Positions 29,868 to 40,556 of a stretch of DNA of 54,732 nt are shown one piece after another. Both the position numbers and the translations under genes were made by a program. The DNA comes from Methylophaga sp. GTDB taxonomy: Bacteria; Pseudomonadota; Gammaproteobacteria; Nitrosococcales; Methylophagaceae. The number at the start of each line of letters is the position of its first letter. Position 1 is the stretch's first letter. Location: the NCBI GenBank assembly GCA_032250995.1, contig JAVVFF010000001.1, positions 1 to 54,732 on the forward strand, read 5' to 3'. The notes under the pieces were generated by a model that did no database searches, had not been told where the DNA came from, and worked only from the letters and a program-made list of their open reading frames with translations.

Positions 29868-30779
29868 ATGGCGCAGGGCAGCACAGAGCAAATTCTAAAT
29901 CAGGTTAACCAAATCATTCTTGGCAAAAAACGGCCAGTCAAACTGGCATTGAGTTGCTTGCTGGCCCGTGGTCATTTGCTGATTGAAGATCTGCCCGGTG
30001 TGGGTAAAACCACCCTAGCCCACACATTGGCTGCCACACTGGGATTAAGTTTTCAGCGAATACAATTTACCAGTGATATGTTGCCTGCTGATATTTTGGG
30101 CGTTTCGATATATGAACGCGAACAGCAAAAATTCACCTTCCATCGCGGACCGATTTTTACCCAGTTATTACTGGCCGATGAGGTCAACCGCGCCTCACCG
30201 CGTACCCAAAGTGCCTTGCTGGAAGCCATGGAGGAACAACAGGTCACCATTGAGGGCGAAACCTTTGCTTTGCAATCACCGTTTTTTGTGATCGCCACCC
30301 AGAATCCAACCCATCAAATCGGTACCTTTGCCTTGCCGGAGTCCCAGTTAGACCGGTTTTTAATGCGTATCGAAATCGGCTATCCCGACAGCATTGCTGA
30401 ACGGGCGCTATTGATGGGAGAAGATCGCCAGATAATGCTACAAACATTACAGCCGGTGATAACGCCGCAGGACTTGATCGTCCTGCAGCAACAAGTGAAA
30501 AAAGTCACCGTCAGCGATGCCTTAGTTGATTATATTCAGGCGCTGCTCGCCTATACCCGTCAGTCCGGACAGTTTCTAACCGGTATTTCACCGCGTGCCG
30601 GTCTGGGTTTATTACACGCCGCTCAGGCCTGGGCCTTTATCAGTGGCCGTGATTATGTCGAACCGGAAGATGTGCAAGCCGTATTACCGAGTGTCGTTGG
30701 TCATCGTTTACAGGCATTAAATGACACGCTGACGACTGATTGGGCAGCCGATTTATTACAACAGGTCGCTATTCCCTGA
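29868..30779 (+). CDS. MoxR-family AAA+ ATPase
   Basis: HLLIEDLPGVGKT, RIQFTSD.LP.D, LADEVNRA.P.TQSALLEAM, ATQNP, QLDRF. Confidence 0.96.
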   Translation: MAQGSTEQILNQVNQIILGKKRPVKLALSCLLARGHLLIEDLPGVGKTTLAHTLAATLGLSFQRIQFTSDMLPADILGVSIYEREQQKFTFHRGPIFTQLLLADEVNRASPRTQSALLEAMEEQQVTIEGETFALQSPFFVIATQNPTHQIGTFALPESQLDRFLMRIEIGYPDSIAERALLMGEDRQIMLQTLQPVITPQDLIVLQQQVKKVTVSDALVDYIQALLAYTRQSGQFLTGISPRAGLGLLHAAQAWAFISGRDYVEPEDVQAVLPSVVGHRLQALNDTLTTDWAADLLQQVAIP

Positions 30780-30781
30780 CA

Positions 30782-31753
30782 ATGTTGGCAGTACTGCAAA
30801 AACAATGGCATCGGCTAACTGCCACCCGTGGCCGGCGGGTATATATCATGCCCAGCCGCGCCGGTTATGGTTATGCTGCATTGATTTTGCTGATGTTGCT
30901 GGGCGCCATTAATTACAACAATAGTCTCGGCCATTTACTGAGTTTTTTGCTGGCCGGAATCGGCCATGTGGTCATGCATCACAGTTATCGCAATGCCCGT
31001 TATGTTGAATGCCGTCCCGGTCAACCACAGCCAGTTTTTGCCGGGCAGGCACTGAAGCTGCCGATATATCTTGATAACCCCCGCAATCATGCCTTAACGG
31101 CCATCGATATTGCGTATTGTCAGAACGTCACCAAACGTCGCTGGAATCCACTGCAAAATTTTTCGCAATATCAAACGCTGGCCCGTGCCGAGCAAATTCC
31201 GGGGCAACAATCGCTACTGTTACAAATCGCTATCCCGACGGACAAACGTGGCTGGCAGGATCTAGGTCGGTTGCGTCTGTCCAGTGTGTTTCCACTGGGT
31301 TTATTTTTCTGCTGGTCTTTTATCGACAGCAATCGCCGGGCATTGATCTACCCAAAGCCAGAGGGTCAGTTGCCATTGCCCGATACCGGCAGCAGTGGTG
31401 TTAAGCAACAACAATTACAACAAGCGGGCCGTGATGAATTTGCCGGTTTTCAGAAATATCGTGTTGGTGATGCCCGTCATCAAATTGCCTGGAAAGCGCT
31501 GGCCCGTGATGATGTGATGCGCACCAAGCAATTTTCCCAGCCCAAAGGCAGTCAGCTGACTTTGGACTGGCAAGCCGTTGCTGATTTAACGGGTACCGAA
31601 CATAAACTGTCGCAATTATGCCAATGGCTGTTGCAGGCTGATGCTGCCGGGCGCAGTTACAGTCTGAGTTTACCGAATCTGCAGATTGCCAGCGGCCTGG
31701 GTGATGCGCACCGGCAGCAATGTTTAAAAGCATTGGCGTTGTATGACCAATAA
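30782..31753 (+). CDS. DUF58 domain protein
   Basis: N-terminal TMs INYNNSL, FPLGLF, IYP.P, EFAG...Y..GD....I.WKA.A; MoxR operon context. Confidence 0.9.
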   Translation: MLAVLQKQWHRLTATRGRRVYIMPSRAGYGYAALILLMLLGAINYNNSLGHLLSFLLAGIGHVVMHHSYRNARYVECRPGQPQPVFAGQALKLPIYLDNPRNHALTAIDIAYCQNVTKRRWNPLQNFSQYQTLARAEQIPGQQSLLLQIAIPTDKRGWQDLGRLRLSSVFPLGLFFCWSFIDSNRRALIYPKPEGQLPLPDTGSSGVKQQQLQQAGRDEFAGFQKYRVGDARHQIAWKALARDDVMRTKQFSQPKGSQLTLDWQAVADLTGTEHKLSQLCQWLLQADAAGRSYSLSLPNLQIASGLGDAHRQQCLKALALYDQ

Positions 31754-33773
31754 ACCGATACCGCAAAGCGTGATTATCTGGCTGATGGCGGCGCTAAGTA
31801 TCAGCGCCCTGCCCCATTTGATTTATCAGCCGCTGTGGGTCGCTGGCTTATTTGTGCTGATGATGAGCTGGCGAGTTATGCATCACTGGCGGGGTTGGCT
31901 GTTACCGGTACAAAAACGCAGTCTGAAATGGCTGCATAGTCTGGGCGCGGTGCTGACGATTGTCTTACTGTTTGCCAATTACGGCCTGACCATCGGTCGG
32001 GATGCCGGTGTCGCGCTGCTGACCGTGATGCTGGCATTTAAAGTGGTTGAAATTAACAATCACCGTGATTTTTATATGGCCTGTTTTCTGGGCTTTTTTC
32101 TGGTCACCACCAATTTTTTCTATACCCAGAATATGCTGGTCGTCGGCCTGATGATCGGCGTGGTGATTATGCTGACGGCATCGCTGATCCATATCAATAG
32201 CCCGGTGTTAAGTAGTAAAGCCCGGCTGAAACTCGCCGGTGACATGGTGTTACAAGCCTTGCCGGTGATGCTGGTGTTATTTGTGTTATTCCCACGGATC
32301 CCCGGTCCTATCTGGGGATTACCGGCCGATGCCAATGCCGGCAGTGAGCAATTACCCGATGGCATGACCTTGGGGAGTTCATCACGCAGTGCCGGCAGCA
32401 CCGGTATGTCTGACGAACTGCTGATGGGCAGGATCAGCGAGGTTATCCAGTCCGATGCCATTGCATTTCGGGTGGAATTTGCTGATGACCGCTATCCGCC
32501 TAATAACCAACGCTATTGGCGCGGGCCGGTTTTGTGGACAACTGATGGCACCGGTTGGCGACCATTGGATCGCGATATTGTTAATCAATTCAGTCCGGCC
32601 TTATCGGTGACGAGTGAAGCTTATCGGTACACGATGACATTGGAGGCACATAACCGTAATTGGTTATTTGCGCTGGATATGCCAACCGACAAACAATCAG
32701 CAATGTCGACGAATTTTACTGCGGATGGTTTGCTGACCAGTGAACAAAAACTGCGCAGCCGCAGCCAGATTGAACTGACGTCACACACGCAGTACTTATT
32801 TAATGCTGAAAAAGAACCGCTGCTGAAAGCCGCCTTGCAGCTTCCAGCCAATCAGCACCCCCGCACCAAACAACTGGCGCTGGAACTGCGACAAGCCAGT
32901 CAGGATGATGCCGATTATGTGCAGACCGTATTGAACTACTTTAACGAACAACCGTTTTATTACACCTTACGACCAGCGGCGCTCAGCGGTGATACCGTCG
33001 ATCAATTTTTGTTTGAATCCAAAGAGGGCTTTTGTGAACACTATGCGGCAAGTTTTGCAGTATTGATGCGCGCTGCCGGCGTACCGGCTAGGATTGTCAC
33101 CGGTTATCAGGGCGGTGAAATCAACCCGGTTGATGATGTGATGGTCATTCGCCAGCGTGATGCCCACGCCTGGGCCGAAGTCTGGTTGCCTTTTAAAGGT
33201 TGGCAGCGCGTTGATCCCACCGCTGCGGTATCGCCCAATCGGGTCGAAATGGGCATCAATGATTTGTTGCCGGATTCGCGGCGTTCGCCGGCTTTTCTAG
33301 GCGGTAATCTGGGCTTGGAAAATCTCTGGCAAGATGTCAAAAACAATTGGGGCGCACTGAACAATGCCTGGGATATCTGGGTGGTCGGTTATGGGCCGGC
33401 GCTGCAAAAAGCACTACTCAGTATGCTCGGTATGCAACAACCCGACTGGCAGAAAATGGTTTTATGGCTGGCGATTTTGATCAGCCTTATTTTTAGCGTT
33501 ATCGCCCTGTTGATGCTCTGGCAAAAACCGATTGCCGATCCGGTTCAGCGTTATTATCAGCACTTTTGCCACAAACTGGCAAAAAGCGGTGTGCAGCGCG
33601 AGGCGCATGAAGGCGCACAGGATTTTGCTCAGCGCGCTGCGGCCCGATTACCCGAACAGCAAGCGCAGATTGGGAAAATCAGTGCTTTGTACCGGCGGCT
33701 ACGCTACCGGCAGGAAAGCACCTTGCTTGATGAATTTATCAAAGCGGTTAAACAATTTTCAACGCGCCGTTAA
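31743..33773 (+). CDS. tgpA: Transglutaminase-like membrane protein TgpA (DUF3488-TGase-DUF4129)
   Basis: LFVLFPR, YWRG, GFCEHYA (Cys), RIVTGYQGG, AHAWAE (His), DPT (Asp). Confidence 0.92.
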   Translation: MTNKPIPQSVIIWLMAALSISALPHLIYQPLWVAGLFVLMMSWRVMHHWRGWLLPVQKRSLKWLHSLGAVLTIVLLFANYGLTIGRDAGVALLTVMLAFKVVEINNHRDFYMACFLGFFLVTTNFFYTQNMLVVGLMIGVVIMLTASLIHINSPVLSSKARLKLAGDMVLQALPVMLVLFVLFPRIPGPIWGLPADANAGSEQLPDGMTLGSSSRSAGSTGMSDELLMGRISEVIQSDAIAFRVEFADDRYPPNNQRYWRGPVLWTTDGTGWRPLDRDIVNQFSPALSVTSEAYRYTMTLEAHNRNWLFALDMPTDKQSAMSTNFTADGLLTSEQKLRSRSQIELTSHTQYLFNAEKEPLLKAALQLPANQHPRTKQLALELRQASQDDADYVQTVLNYFNEQPFYYTLRPAALSGDTVDQFLFESKEGFCEHYAASFAVLMRAAGVPARIVTGYQGGEINPVDDVMVIRQRDAHAWAEVWLPFKGWQRVDPTAAVSPNRVEMGINDLLPDSRRSPAFLGGNLGLENLWQDVKNNWGALNNAWDIWVVGYGPALQKALLSMLGMQQPDWQKMVLWLAILISLIFSVIALLMLWQKPIADPVQRYYQHFCHKLAKSGVQREAHEGAQDFAQRAAARLPEQQAQIGKISALYRRLRYRQESTLLDEFIKAVKQFSTRR

Positions 33774-33838
33774 CAATGGCTTTTGCAAAGTCTTAAGCCA
33801 ATAGCGGAAAATAGCACCTTATTCAGTTGAGGTTACAA

Positions 33839-34585
33839 ATGGCGCACGCAAATCCCCTGTTTGAACGCACCCATATTTTAATAGGCGATACCGGTATTGA
33901 ACGCCTGCAAAACAGTCATGTGTTTCTGGCCGGGTTGGGCGGCGTTGGCTCCTATACTGCCGAAGCGCTGGCGCGTATGGGCGTTGGTAAATTAACGCTG
34001 GTGGATCATGATGTGGTGTCAGGATCGAATCTTAACCGGCAACTGGTAGCCTTAAAATCGACGGTAGGTGAGCTGAAAGCTGACGTCATGGCAGCGCGGA
34101 TTCGCGATATTCATCCTGACTGCCAGTTGACGCTTATTACCGATTTTTTAACGCCGGACAGCATTCCTCAGATCCTTGATAACGGTTATGACATCATCAT
34201 CGATGCCATTGACAGCATGAGCAGTAAATCAACACTGCTGGAAACTGCCTGGCGCAGGCAATTACCGGTATTTGCCAGCATGGGCGCCGGCGGCAAACTG
34301 GATCCAACACAAGTGCGTACCGGCGATTTAATGGATACTTCAATCTGTAAACTGGCCAAACAATTACGTTCTCAGTTGCGTAAACGTGGCGTGGGCCGTG
34401 GTGTACAGACCGTTTATTCACTGGAACCACCGCTGCCACCATTACCACCAGAGCCGGTCAGTCGTGGCCGCGCCCGGGCGGTGAATGGCACGGTCAGTTA
34501 TATGCCGTCTATTTTTGGCCTGACGCTGGCGGGTCTGGTCATTAACCATATTATCGGTGATGCGCGGCGTGAATCAGCTGATTGA
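33839..34585 (+). CDS. tcdA: tRNA threonylcarbamoyladenosine dehydratase (ThiF family)
   Basis: GLGGVGS..AEALAR.GVG, D.D.V..SNLNRQ, SMGAG.K.DP, GTVSYMP..FG. Confidence 0.9.
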   Translation: MAHANPLFERTHILIGDTGIERLQNSHVFLAGLGGVGSYTAEALARMGVGKLTLVDHDVVSGSNLNRQLVALKSTVGELKADVMAARIRDIHPDCQLTLITDFLTPDSIPQILDNGYDIIIDAIDSMSSKSTLLETAWRRQLPVFASMGAGGKLDPTQVRTGDLMDTSICKLAKQLRSQLRKRGVGRGVQTVYSLEPPLPPLPPEPVSRGRARAVNGTVSYMPSIFGLTLAGLVINHIIGDARRESAD

Positions 34586-35084
34586 AGATCCGACTAATGT
34601 GCTGAATTGCGACTTAGCCATTCGGCCAGCACTGACACAATTACTCAGCCGTTATGGCATTGAAATCGTTGCTGTAGCAGATGATGAAGCTATTCCCGGC
34701 AGTTTTTTTGGCGAACGTGAAGCCGGCCTCAAAGGTAATCAATTACTTATTCGCAGCGATACCCCGGTGCATTCAGCGTTGCATGAAGCAAGTCATTATA
34801 TTTGTATGGATCCATTACGCCGGGCCGCACTGGATACTGATGCCGAGGGTGATTACGACGAAGAAAACGGCGTCTGTTACCTGCAAATTCTGCTCAGTGA
34901 TTATCTGCCCGATGTCGGCCGCAAACGTATGTTCGAAGATATGGATAGCTGGGGGTATAATTTCCGGCTCGGGAATGCAAAGGCCTGGTTTGAACAGGAT
35001 GCCGAAGATGCCCGCGACTGGTTGTTTAAGCATCAACTGATTGACTGCCAGCAACAACCTACTTTTTTGCTTCGCCAGTGTTAA
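34557..35084 (+). CDS. Hypothetical HExxH metalloprotein, EpmC/YfcM-like core motif
   Basis: SALHEASH..C....RR...D resembles EF-P hydroxylase EpmC SALHEISHWC.AG..RR...D; start may be 34557, 34560 or 34569. Confidence 0.6.
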   Translation: MMRGVNQLIEDPTNVLNCDLAIRPALTQLLSRYGIEIVAVADDEAIPGSFFGEREAGLKGNQLLIRSDTPVHSALHEASHYICMDPLRRAALDTDAEGDYDEENGVCYLQILLSDYLPDVGRKRMFEDMDSWGYNFRLGNAKAWFEQDAEDARDWLFKHQLIDCQQQPTFLLRQC

Positions 35085-35121
35085 TTCGTTAATGTGCTGA
35101 TTTATTTATCCGAGGAACATC

Positions 35122-35613
35122 ATGTCCGAACTGCAATCACCGGTCACCGAGTTACTGCAACAAAAACAAATTGCTTATTCCGTGATTGAAATCCCTTTGA
35201 GTGATGATAAAAAACCGATCCGCAATTTAGAGGAATGGCTCAGTAGTCAGGGACGTGATCCGCATTCGGTGGTACGCAGTCTGTTATTTAAAACCGGCTC
35301 GGATAAATTTGTTCTGCTGGCAGTCACCGGCGGTGGGCGCGCTGATTGGGGTGTATTGCGTAAACAGCTGAGTGAAAAAAAACTGCGTATGGCCGAGTTT
35401 GCTGAAGTTTCGGCAGCAACCGGCTATGTGGTTGGCGCGGTGCCGCCGATAGCCTTGCCTGACGCTATCGAAGTGCTAGTGGATCAGAGTATTTCTCACT
35501 ACGATGAAGTGATTATCGGCAGTGGTGTGCTCGGTTATGCCTTAGCATTACGCGCTGCCGACTTACAAAACCTGCTGCAAAACGCACCCATTGGCGAATT
35601 TATTAAAGACTAA
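35122..35613 (+). CDS. YbaK/EbsC-family aminoacyl-tRNA deacylase-like protein
   Basis: VVRSLLFK, LRMA...EV...TGY.VGAVPP, G.G....L.L; GAGGA RBS. Confidence 0.85.
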   Translation: MSELQSPVTELLQQKQIAYSVIEIPLSDDKKPIRNLEEWLSSQGRDPHSVVRSLLFKTGSDKFVLLAVTGGGRADWGVLRKQLSEKKLRMAEFAEVSAATGYVVGAVPPIALPDAIEVLVDQSISHYDEVIIGSGVLGYALALRAADLQNLLQNAPIGEFIKD

Positions 35614-35659
35614 TGCCCATCTGAAGCGGATCAGTCTGCTCTGATAAAGCAATTGCCAT

Positions 35660-37042
35660 TCAGCGAATTTTTCGCACCCGTACATTACGGTTTTTGATTT
35701 TGCCCTGCGCCAGATAATCAAGTGCCTGACCCAAAGCAGATTTGGCAATCGCCACATAACTGGACATATCCATAATACTGATTTTACCAATGCTGCTGCC
35801 GGCCAATCCGGCATCACCGGTTAACGCGCCGAGAATATCGCCGGGGCGCATTTTTTGTCGGCGACCGGCATCTAGCTGAATGGTCGACCACTCTGATTGC
35901 AAACTATAACTGGCATCGCGATCCAATGAGGCCGGCACATCACAACGACAAGGCTGTTTTAAATAACGCTCAATCGCCGCCATGCGCGGCGCATCAGCTT
36001 CGACGGCCAAACTCATGGCAAGACCGGTTGCGCCGGCACGGCCAGTCCGGCCAATACGGTGCACATAAACGTCCGGATCGCGCGGTAATTCGTAGTTAAC
36101 CACCATATCAATAGCTTTAATATCCAGTCCGCGCGCGGCCACATCGGTGGCGACCAGTACCGGACAACTTTGATTATCAAAACAGGCCAGCACTTCATCA
36201 CGGTCGCGCTGTTCCAAATCACCATGAATTGCCTGAGCACTGATTTTTTGACTGTTCAGCCAATCGGCAACTTCATCACATTGTTTTTTGGTATGGCAAA
36301 ACACAATCGCTGTGCGTGGCCGGTAATGCTCAAACAAGCCCCGTAGCGTGTTATTTCGCTCGTGTTTTTTGATTTCATAAAACAGCTGATCGATAACCGC
36401 CGACTGATGCTCACTTTCAACGGTCACGGTCAACGGATCGCCCTGGAATTGACGGCTGATTTTAGCAATGCCTTCCGGATACGTCGCTGAGAACAATAAG
36501 GTCTGACGCTGCTTAGGGGTTTGGCTGAGAATATCCTGCATCACCTCAATAAAGCCCATATCGAGCATACGGTCGGCTTCATCAAGCACCACCGTATTGA
36601 GACCATCGAGTTTCAGCGTGTTTTTCTTCAGATGATCCTGGATCCGTCCCGGCGTGCCGACAATAATATGCGCGCCCTTTTCTAGCGAGCCGATTTGTGG
36701 GCCGATGGCTTTACCTCCACAGAGCAAGACCAGTTTCAGATTGGGAATAAACCGGGCTAATTTACGGATTTCTTTGCCGACCTGATCGGCAAGTTCGCGG
36801 GTAGGACACAACACCAGCGCCTGCACAGCAAACCATTGCGGTTTGATGTTTTGCAACAAACCAATACCAAAAGCGGCGGTTTTGCCACTGCCAGTTTTGG
36901 CGCGGGCAATCACATCTCGGCCTTGCAAAATAGCCGGTAATGACTGTGCCTGAATAGGCGTCATGGTTTGATAACCAAGGCTATCAAGTACTTCGATTTG
37001 GGCGGCCGGTATGGGTAATTTGCTGAATGACTGCTGAGACAT
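35660..37042 (-). CDS. dbpA: ATP-dependent RNA helicase DbpA
   Basis: AKTGSGKT, PTRELA, DEAD, SAT, HRIGRTGR, C-terminal KMRPGDILGAL RNA-binding domain. Confidence 0.96.
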   Translation of the reverse strand: MSQQSFSKLPIPAAQIEVLDSLGYQTMTPIQAQSLPAILQGRDVIARAKTGSGKTAAFGIGLLQNIKPQWFAVQALVLCPTRELADQVGKEIRKLARFIPNLKLVLLCGGKAIGPQIGSLEKGAHIIVGTPGRIQDHLKKNTLKLDGLNTVVLDEADRMLDMGFIEVMQDILSQTPKQRQTLLFSATYPEGIAKISRQFQGDPLTVTVESEHQSAVIDQLFYEIKKHERNNTLRGLFEHYRPRTAIVFCHTKKQCDEVADWLNSQKISAQAIHGDLEQRDRDEVLACFDNQSCPVLVATDVAARGLDIKAIDMVVNYELPRDPDVYVHRIGRTGRAGATGLAMSLAVEADAPRMAAIERYLKQPCRCDVPASLDRDASYSLQSEWSTIQLDAGRRQKMRPGDILGALTGDAGLAGSSIGKISIMDMSSYVAIAKSALGQALDYLAQGKIKNRNVRVRKIR

Positions 37043-37206
37043 AAGGTGCTTTAAATACGGAATTGATCGCGCATGATAACAAAAAGCCATGGGGCCGATG
37101 GACAAATCTTGTCTTTAGAAACAGAAAGTTAAATCAGGTAAAGTTTGAACAGCAGCGCTTTTTTGGGGTCACAATACCACTGCCTGAATCCACAGAGGTC
37201 AAGGCC

Positions 37207-38128
37207 ATGCTATTTATAAAACACTCCGTTGCTATTGCCTTATCCGTAGTCACCAGCTTTTTATTGCTGCTGTCACCATTACCGGTTGTTGCTGATCTGA
37301 GCATGAAACCGCGCACCTGCAGTAATTGCAGTAGTTTTGGCAGCCAATCATCGCTTTATCATCATCGGCCCAGCATCGGCATCAGTGGTCATCAATCTTT
37401 TGGTAACCAACCATTCAAATCTCAGCGGCCAAAGAATTATAATAATTTTAAGCATTCCGGCCATCGTAATGACCATCATGATAAGCCGCATTACCGGGAT
37501 TACCGGCCACGTTTTGATGGCTACCAGCAAGCATTATCGACCGCGTTACCAGCATCACAATGGCATTAGTCTGGGCATTGTGGCGCCAATTATTTATTCA
37601 GGCTTTTATTACAATACGGTATCGCCACAGTCTTATTCACCTGCCCCGGCTACCCAAACTGAACCGGTAACAAGCCGCAATTTTGCCGGGCAAAATATTG
37701 ATGCCTGGTCAGCGTTGGGCAATTATCAAACCGAGTTGGCGCTGGATGGCTTTGCTTATCAAAGCCAGCAAAATCCACAAAGTGCCTTGCCCAAAGTTGG
37801 TTATGCGCTGGCCACAGCGGTTGCCGGTGAATATGACAAAGCTGCCTGGGCAATGGATTTGGCATTAGCTGCTAATGTCACCGATCTGCATTATTTTCAG
37901 GTCGATGCCAATATGCAGTTGATACTTGATGAGATGTTAATGAATTATGCAAACGAGCCCACAATGCGTGCGGCTATTTTATATTTGCAACAAGATTATC
38001 AGCGCGCTGATGACGCTATAAACCAATCGCTAGACCATTGCCATGATTGTCGTAGAAAGTTTGCCAACGCAGACTACGCTAAAAAGCCGACAGGAATTGT
38101 CTATACACTGCCGGCTATACAGCTTTAA
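37207..38128 (+). pseudogene. Frameshifted secreted protein (His/Arg-rich region plus TPR-like helices)
   Basis: Signal peptide from ATG at 37207 (GAGGT RBS); HYRDYRPRF in one frame continues as KHYRPRYQHH..IYSGFYY in the +1 frame near 37520-37530. Confidence 0.65.
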
Positions 38129-40458
38129 TCTGTCTCGTCAAAATCTTCATTTCGTTTTGGATTGGTTTCACTGCACGGGGCTTTTTCTATCGTTTTGTTA
38201 CCATCAACTTTTGCTTTCGGCATATCAAGCACCCTAAGTGGTGCTGCCGGCGCTTTACCCTCTTTGTCTTCACCGAAATACAAGGTCAGATGCGGGAATG
38301 GGATCTCAATACCTGCCGCATCCAGATGCTGTTTCACCAGCCGGTTATAAGCCCGGCCAATGGCCCACTGCGACCCCGGCAGGGTTTTAATACGCACCCG
38401 GATATTGACTGAGCTATCGGCGAGTGCAGTGACACCATGTACTTCCAGTTCATTAATGAGAATTTTGCTGCGGTTATCTTCATCGGCCAGCAATTCATCA
38501 AAGGCCTCACGCAGTTTAACGATAACTTCATCGGTATTCTCACGATAAGCGACGCCATATTCACCCACATGATAAGCAAACTCACGCATAAAGTTAGAAA
38601 CGGTATCCACTGATGAAAATGGAATGATATGAAACGTACCGGACAAATCACGAATGCTCAAAGAGCGAATCGTGAGCTTCTCAGCCGTACCGGTAATATT
38701 ACTGGCAGTCACAATATCACCGACGCTAATGGCATTTTCCATTTGAATAAACACGCCGGTAATAACATCTTGCACCAGTTTCTGAGCACCAAAACCAATC
38801 GCCAAACCGAGCACACCAGCACCGGCCAGCAATGGTCCGATATTGATGCCAATTTCTGACAAGACAATCATCACCGTCATAATAATCAAGGCAATTGCTG
38901 AGGCATTACGAAAAATTGTCAGCAGGGTTTTTTCGCGTGCCGTTGGTGCATCAGTATCGCTTTGTGGATTGAGTCGATGCTCGATCCAACTTGCCACACC
39001 AATCCAAATCAAAATCGCCGCTAACAATATCGCGCCGACAGTCAGCGATGTGGCAATAAAATGAATACCTGCTGATGAGGCCAGCCAGTCTCGCAGATTA
39101 AAGATATGCCAGGCATCCAAGACAATGGCAACTACGCTGATCAAAATCACTATACGCAGCGTTTGGAAAATCTTCGGTACAAATCCATTCAGTCGATACT
39201 CCAGCATTGGGAAGCGACTACGAAGGCTTTCACTCACTTTCAGTGGCCGGTTTAAATACCAGGCCAAAATGCTCATCAATAACATACCGACTGCAATCGC
39301 TATCAAGGTTTGCAGCGTTGCTATCAGCATTAATGGCAAGGCTTGTTTCGGTTCTAACAACAAACTACCAGCCATCACGGCAAAATAAACAATGGCCAGA
39401 ATGTGCCAACTGCGGGCCAGCATACCCAAGCCAACCCGGCTGAGACTAAAGCTAGTATCCAATGCCAGTGTTTGAAGTTGTTCACGCACCTGCATGCGGT
39501 TTTGCAAAATAGTCAGTAACGCATAAACAAAAGCAAATAAGACAATCAACACATTCAGTAACTGCGCGACCGCCGATGAAAATAAATTACTAATGAGTGG
39601 TACCAGCAGCAGTACTCCGTAACCAATAAAATTGGTCAGCCGGTTCAACCAGCTATGCCAATAAATTGCAGTATCGTCGTTCATCGGCAAAGGTCGTAAA
39701 GCAGCATCATTAACCGAAAACACGGTACGCAGCACGACTTTGAAAATCTCAATCATCAAAAAGGCATTGAGATATAAAGACTCAATTAACTGCATTTCGC
39801 CGCCATTGCCAAGGGCAAACAGCGCTACGGCATAACCGGCGACCCAGGCCAGCGCTACCACCAACAAATCCAAAAATACCGACGCTGTTATCGCTAATCC
39901 TCTGCGAATCAGTGGATTGCGGGTATCAGCATCCGCCCAGTTATTGGCCTTGGTAAATAACTTGCGGGCTATGCGCCGGGTCAGCCAAAAAACACCAATC
40001 GTTGCAGCGATAACCACCAATAAATGCAATAGATCCGTCATCAGTTGTGACCAGTCACGCTGACTTTCTGTCGAGCCAACCTTACTGACCGCCTGAAAAC
40101 TATTGCTGATAGTCGACACTAAATCCTGAGCAACTTGCTGGGTGGTATTAGCGATTTGTCGTGCAAAAGACGCACCTTGCTCAGCGGATGCATGAGACGC
40201 AGCATCGCTGCCCTCAGCATCTGTTTTTCCAGACATTGAACGTAGTTCTTCAATCAACTGTTGCCGGGATTCTGGATTTTCCAATACATCAGCGAGTGTT
40301 TCGTATGAGGGTTTAGTTTCAGTGCTATCAGTGGATGTAACGGCAGTTTGGCCTGCTTGCGTCATCGAAACAAAGGCAAATAAGAAAGCAATTAAAACAG
40401 CGAAAAACACCGGCTTTACAGTCCGGTTGAAGGCATCTATGTGCACAAAACTCTCCAT
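38125..40458 (-). CDS. ybiO: MscS-family mechanosensitive channel, YbiO type
   Basis: LADVLENP.SR.QLI..LR N-terminus, many TMs, GPLLAGAGVLGLAIGFGAQ.LV.D, GIEIPFP; start codon uncertain. Confidence 0.92.
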   Translation of the reverse strand: MESFVHIDAFNRTVKPVFFAVLIAFLFAFVSMTQAGQTAVTSTDSTETKPSYETLADVLENPESRQQLIEELRSMSGKTDAEGSDAASHASAEQGASFARQIANTTQQVAQDLVSTISNSFQAVSKVGSTESQRDWSQLMTDLLHLLVVIAATIGVFWLTRRIARKLFTKANNWADADTRNPLIRRGLAITASVFLDLLVVALAWVAGYAVALFALGNGGEMQLIESLYLNAFLMIEIFKVVLRTVFSVNDAALRPLPMNDDTAIYWHSWLNRLTNFIGYGVLLLVPLISNLFSSAVAQLLNVLIVLFAFVYALLTILQNRMQVREQLQTLALDTSFSLSRVGLGMLARSWHILAIVYFAVMAGSLLLEPKQALPLMLIATLQTLIAIAVGMLLMSILAWYLNRPLKVSESLRSRFPMLEYRLNGFVPKIFQTLRIVILISVVAIVLDAWHIFNLRDWLASSAGIHFIATSLTVGAILLAAILIWIGVASWIEHRLNPQSDTDAPTAREKTLLTIFRNASAIALIIMTVMIVLSEIGINIGPLLAGAGVLGLAIGFGAQKLVQDVITGVFIQMENAISVGDIVTASNITGTAEKLTIRSLSIRDLSGTFHIIPFSSVDTVSNFMREFAYHVGEYGVAYRENTDEVIVKLREAFDELLADEDNRSKILINELEVHGVTALADSSVNIRVRIKTLPGSQWAIGRAYNRLVKQHLDAAGIEIPFPHLTLYFGEDKEGKAPAAPLRVLDMPKAKVDGNKTIEKAPCSETNPKRNEDFDETD

Positions 40459-40556
40459 TAGTTTCTGGGTTTGGACTGGGTCGTGCGGAATGATTGTACG
40501 CAATCAGTATACAAATTCAGGCCACAGGCTTCAAATCAGCGGACCTTTTCCGACGG

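Noticed and set aside
29868-33773. MoxR-DUF58-transglutaminase as a novel system
   Set aside because: A widespread, already described gene trio with nothing unusual here.
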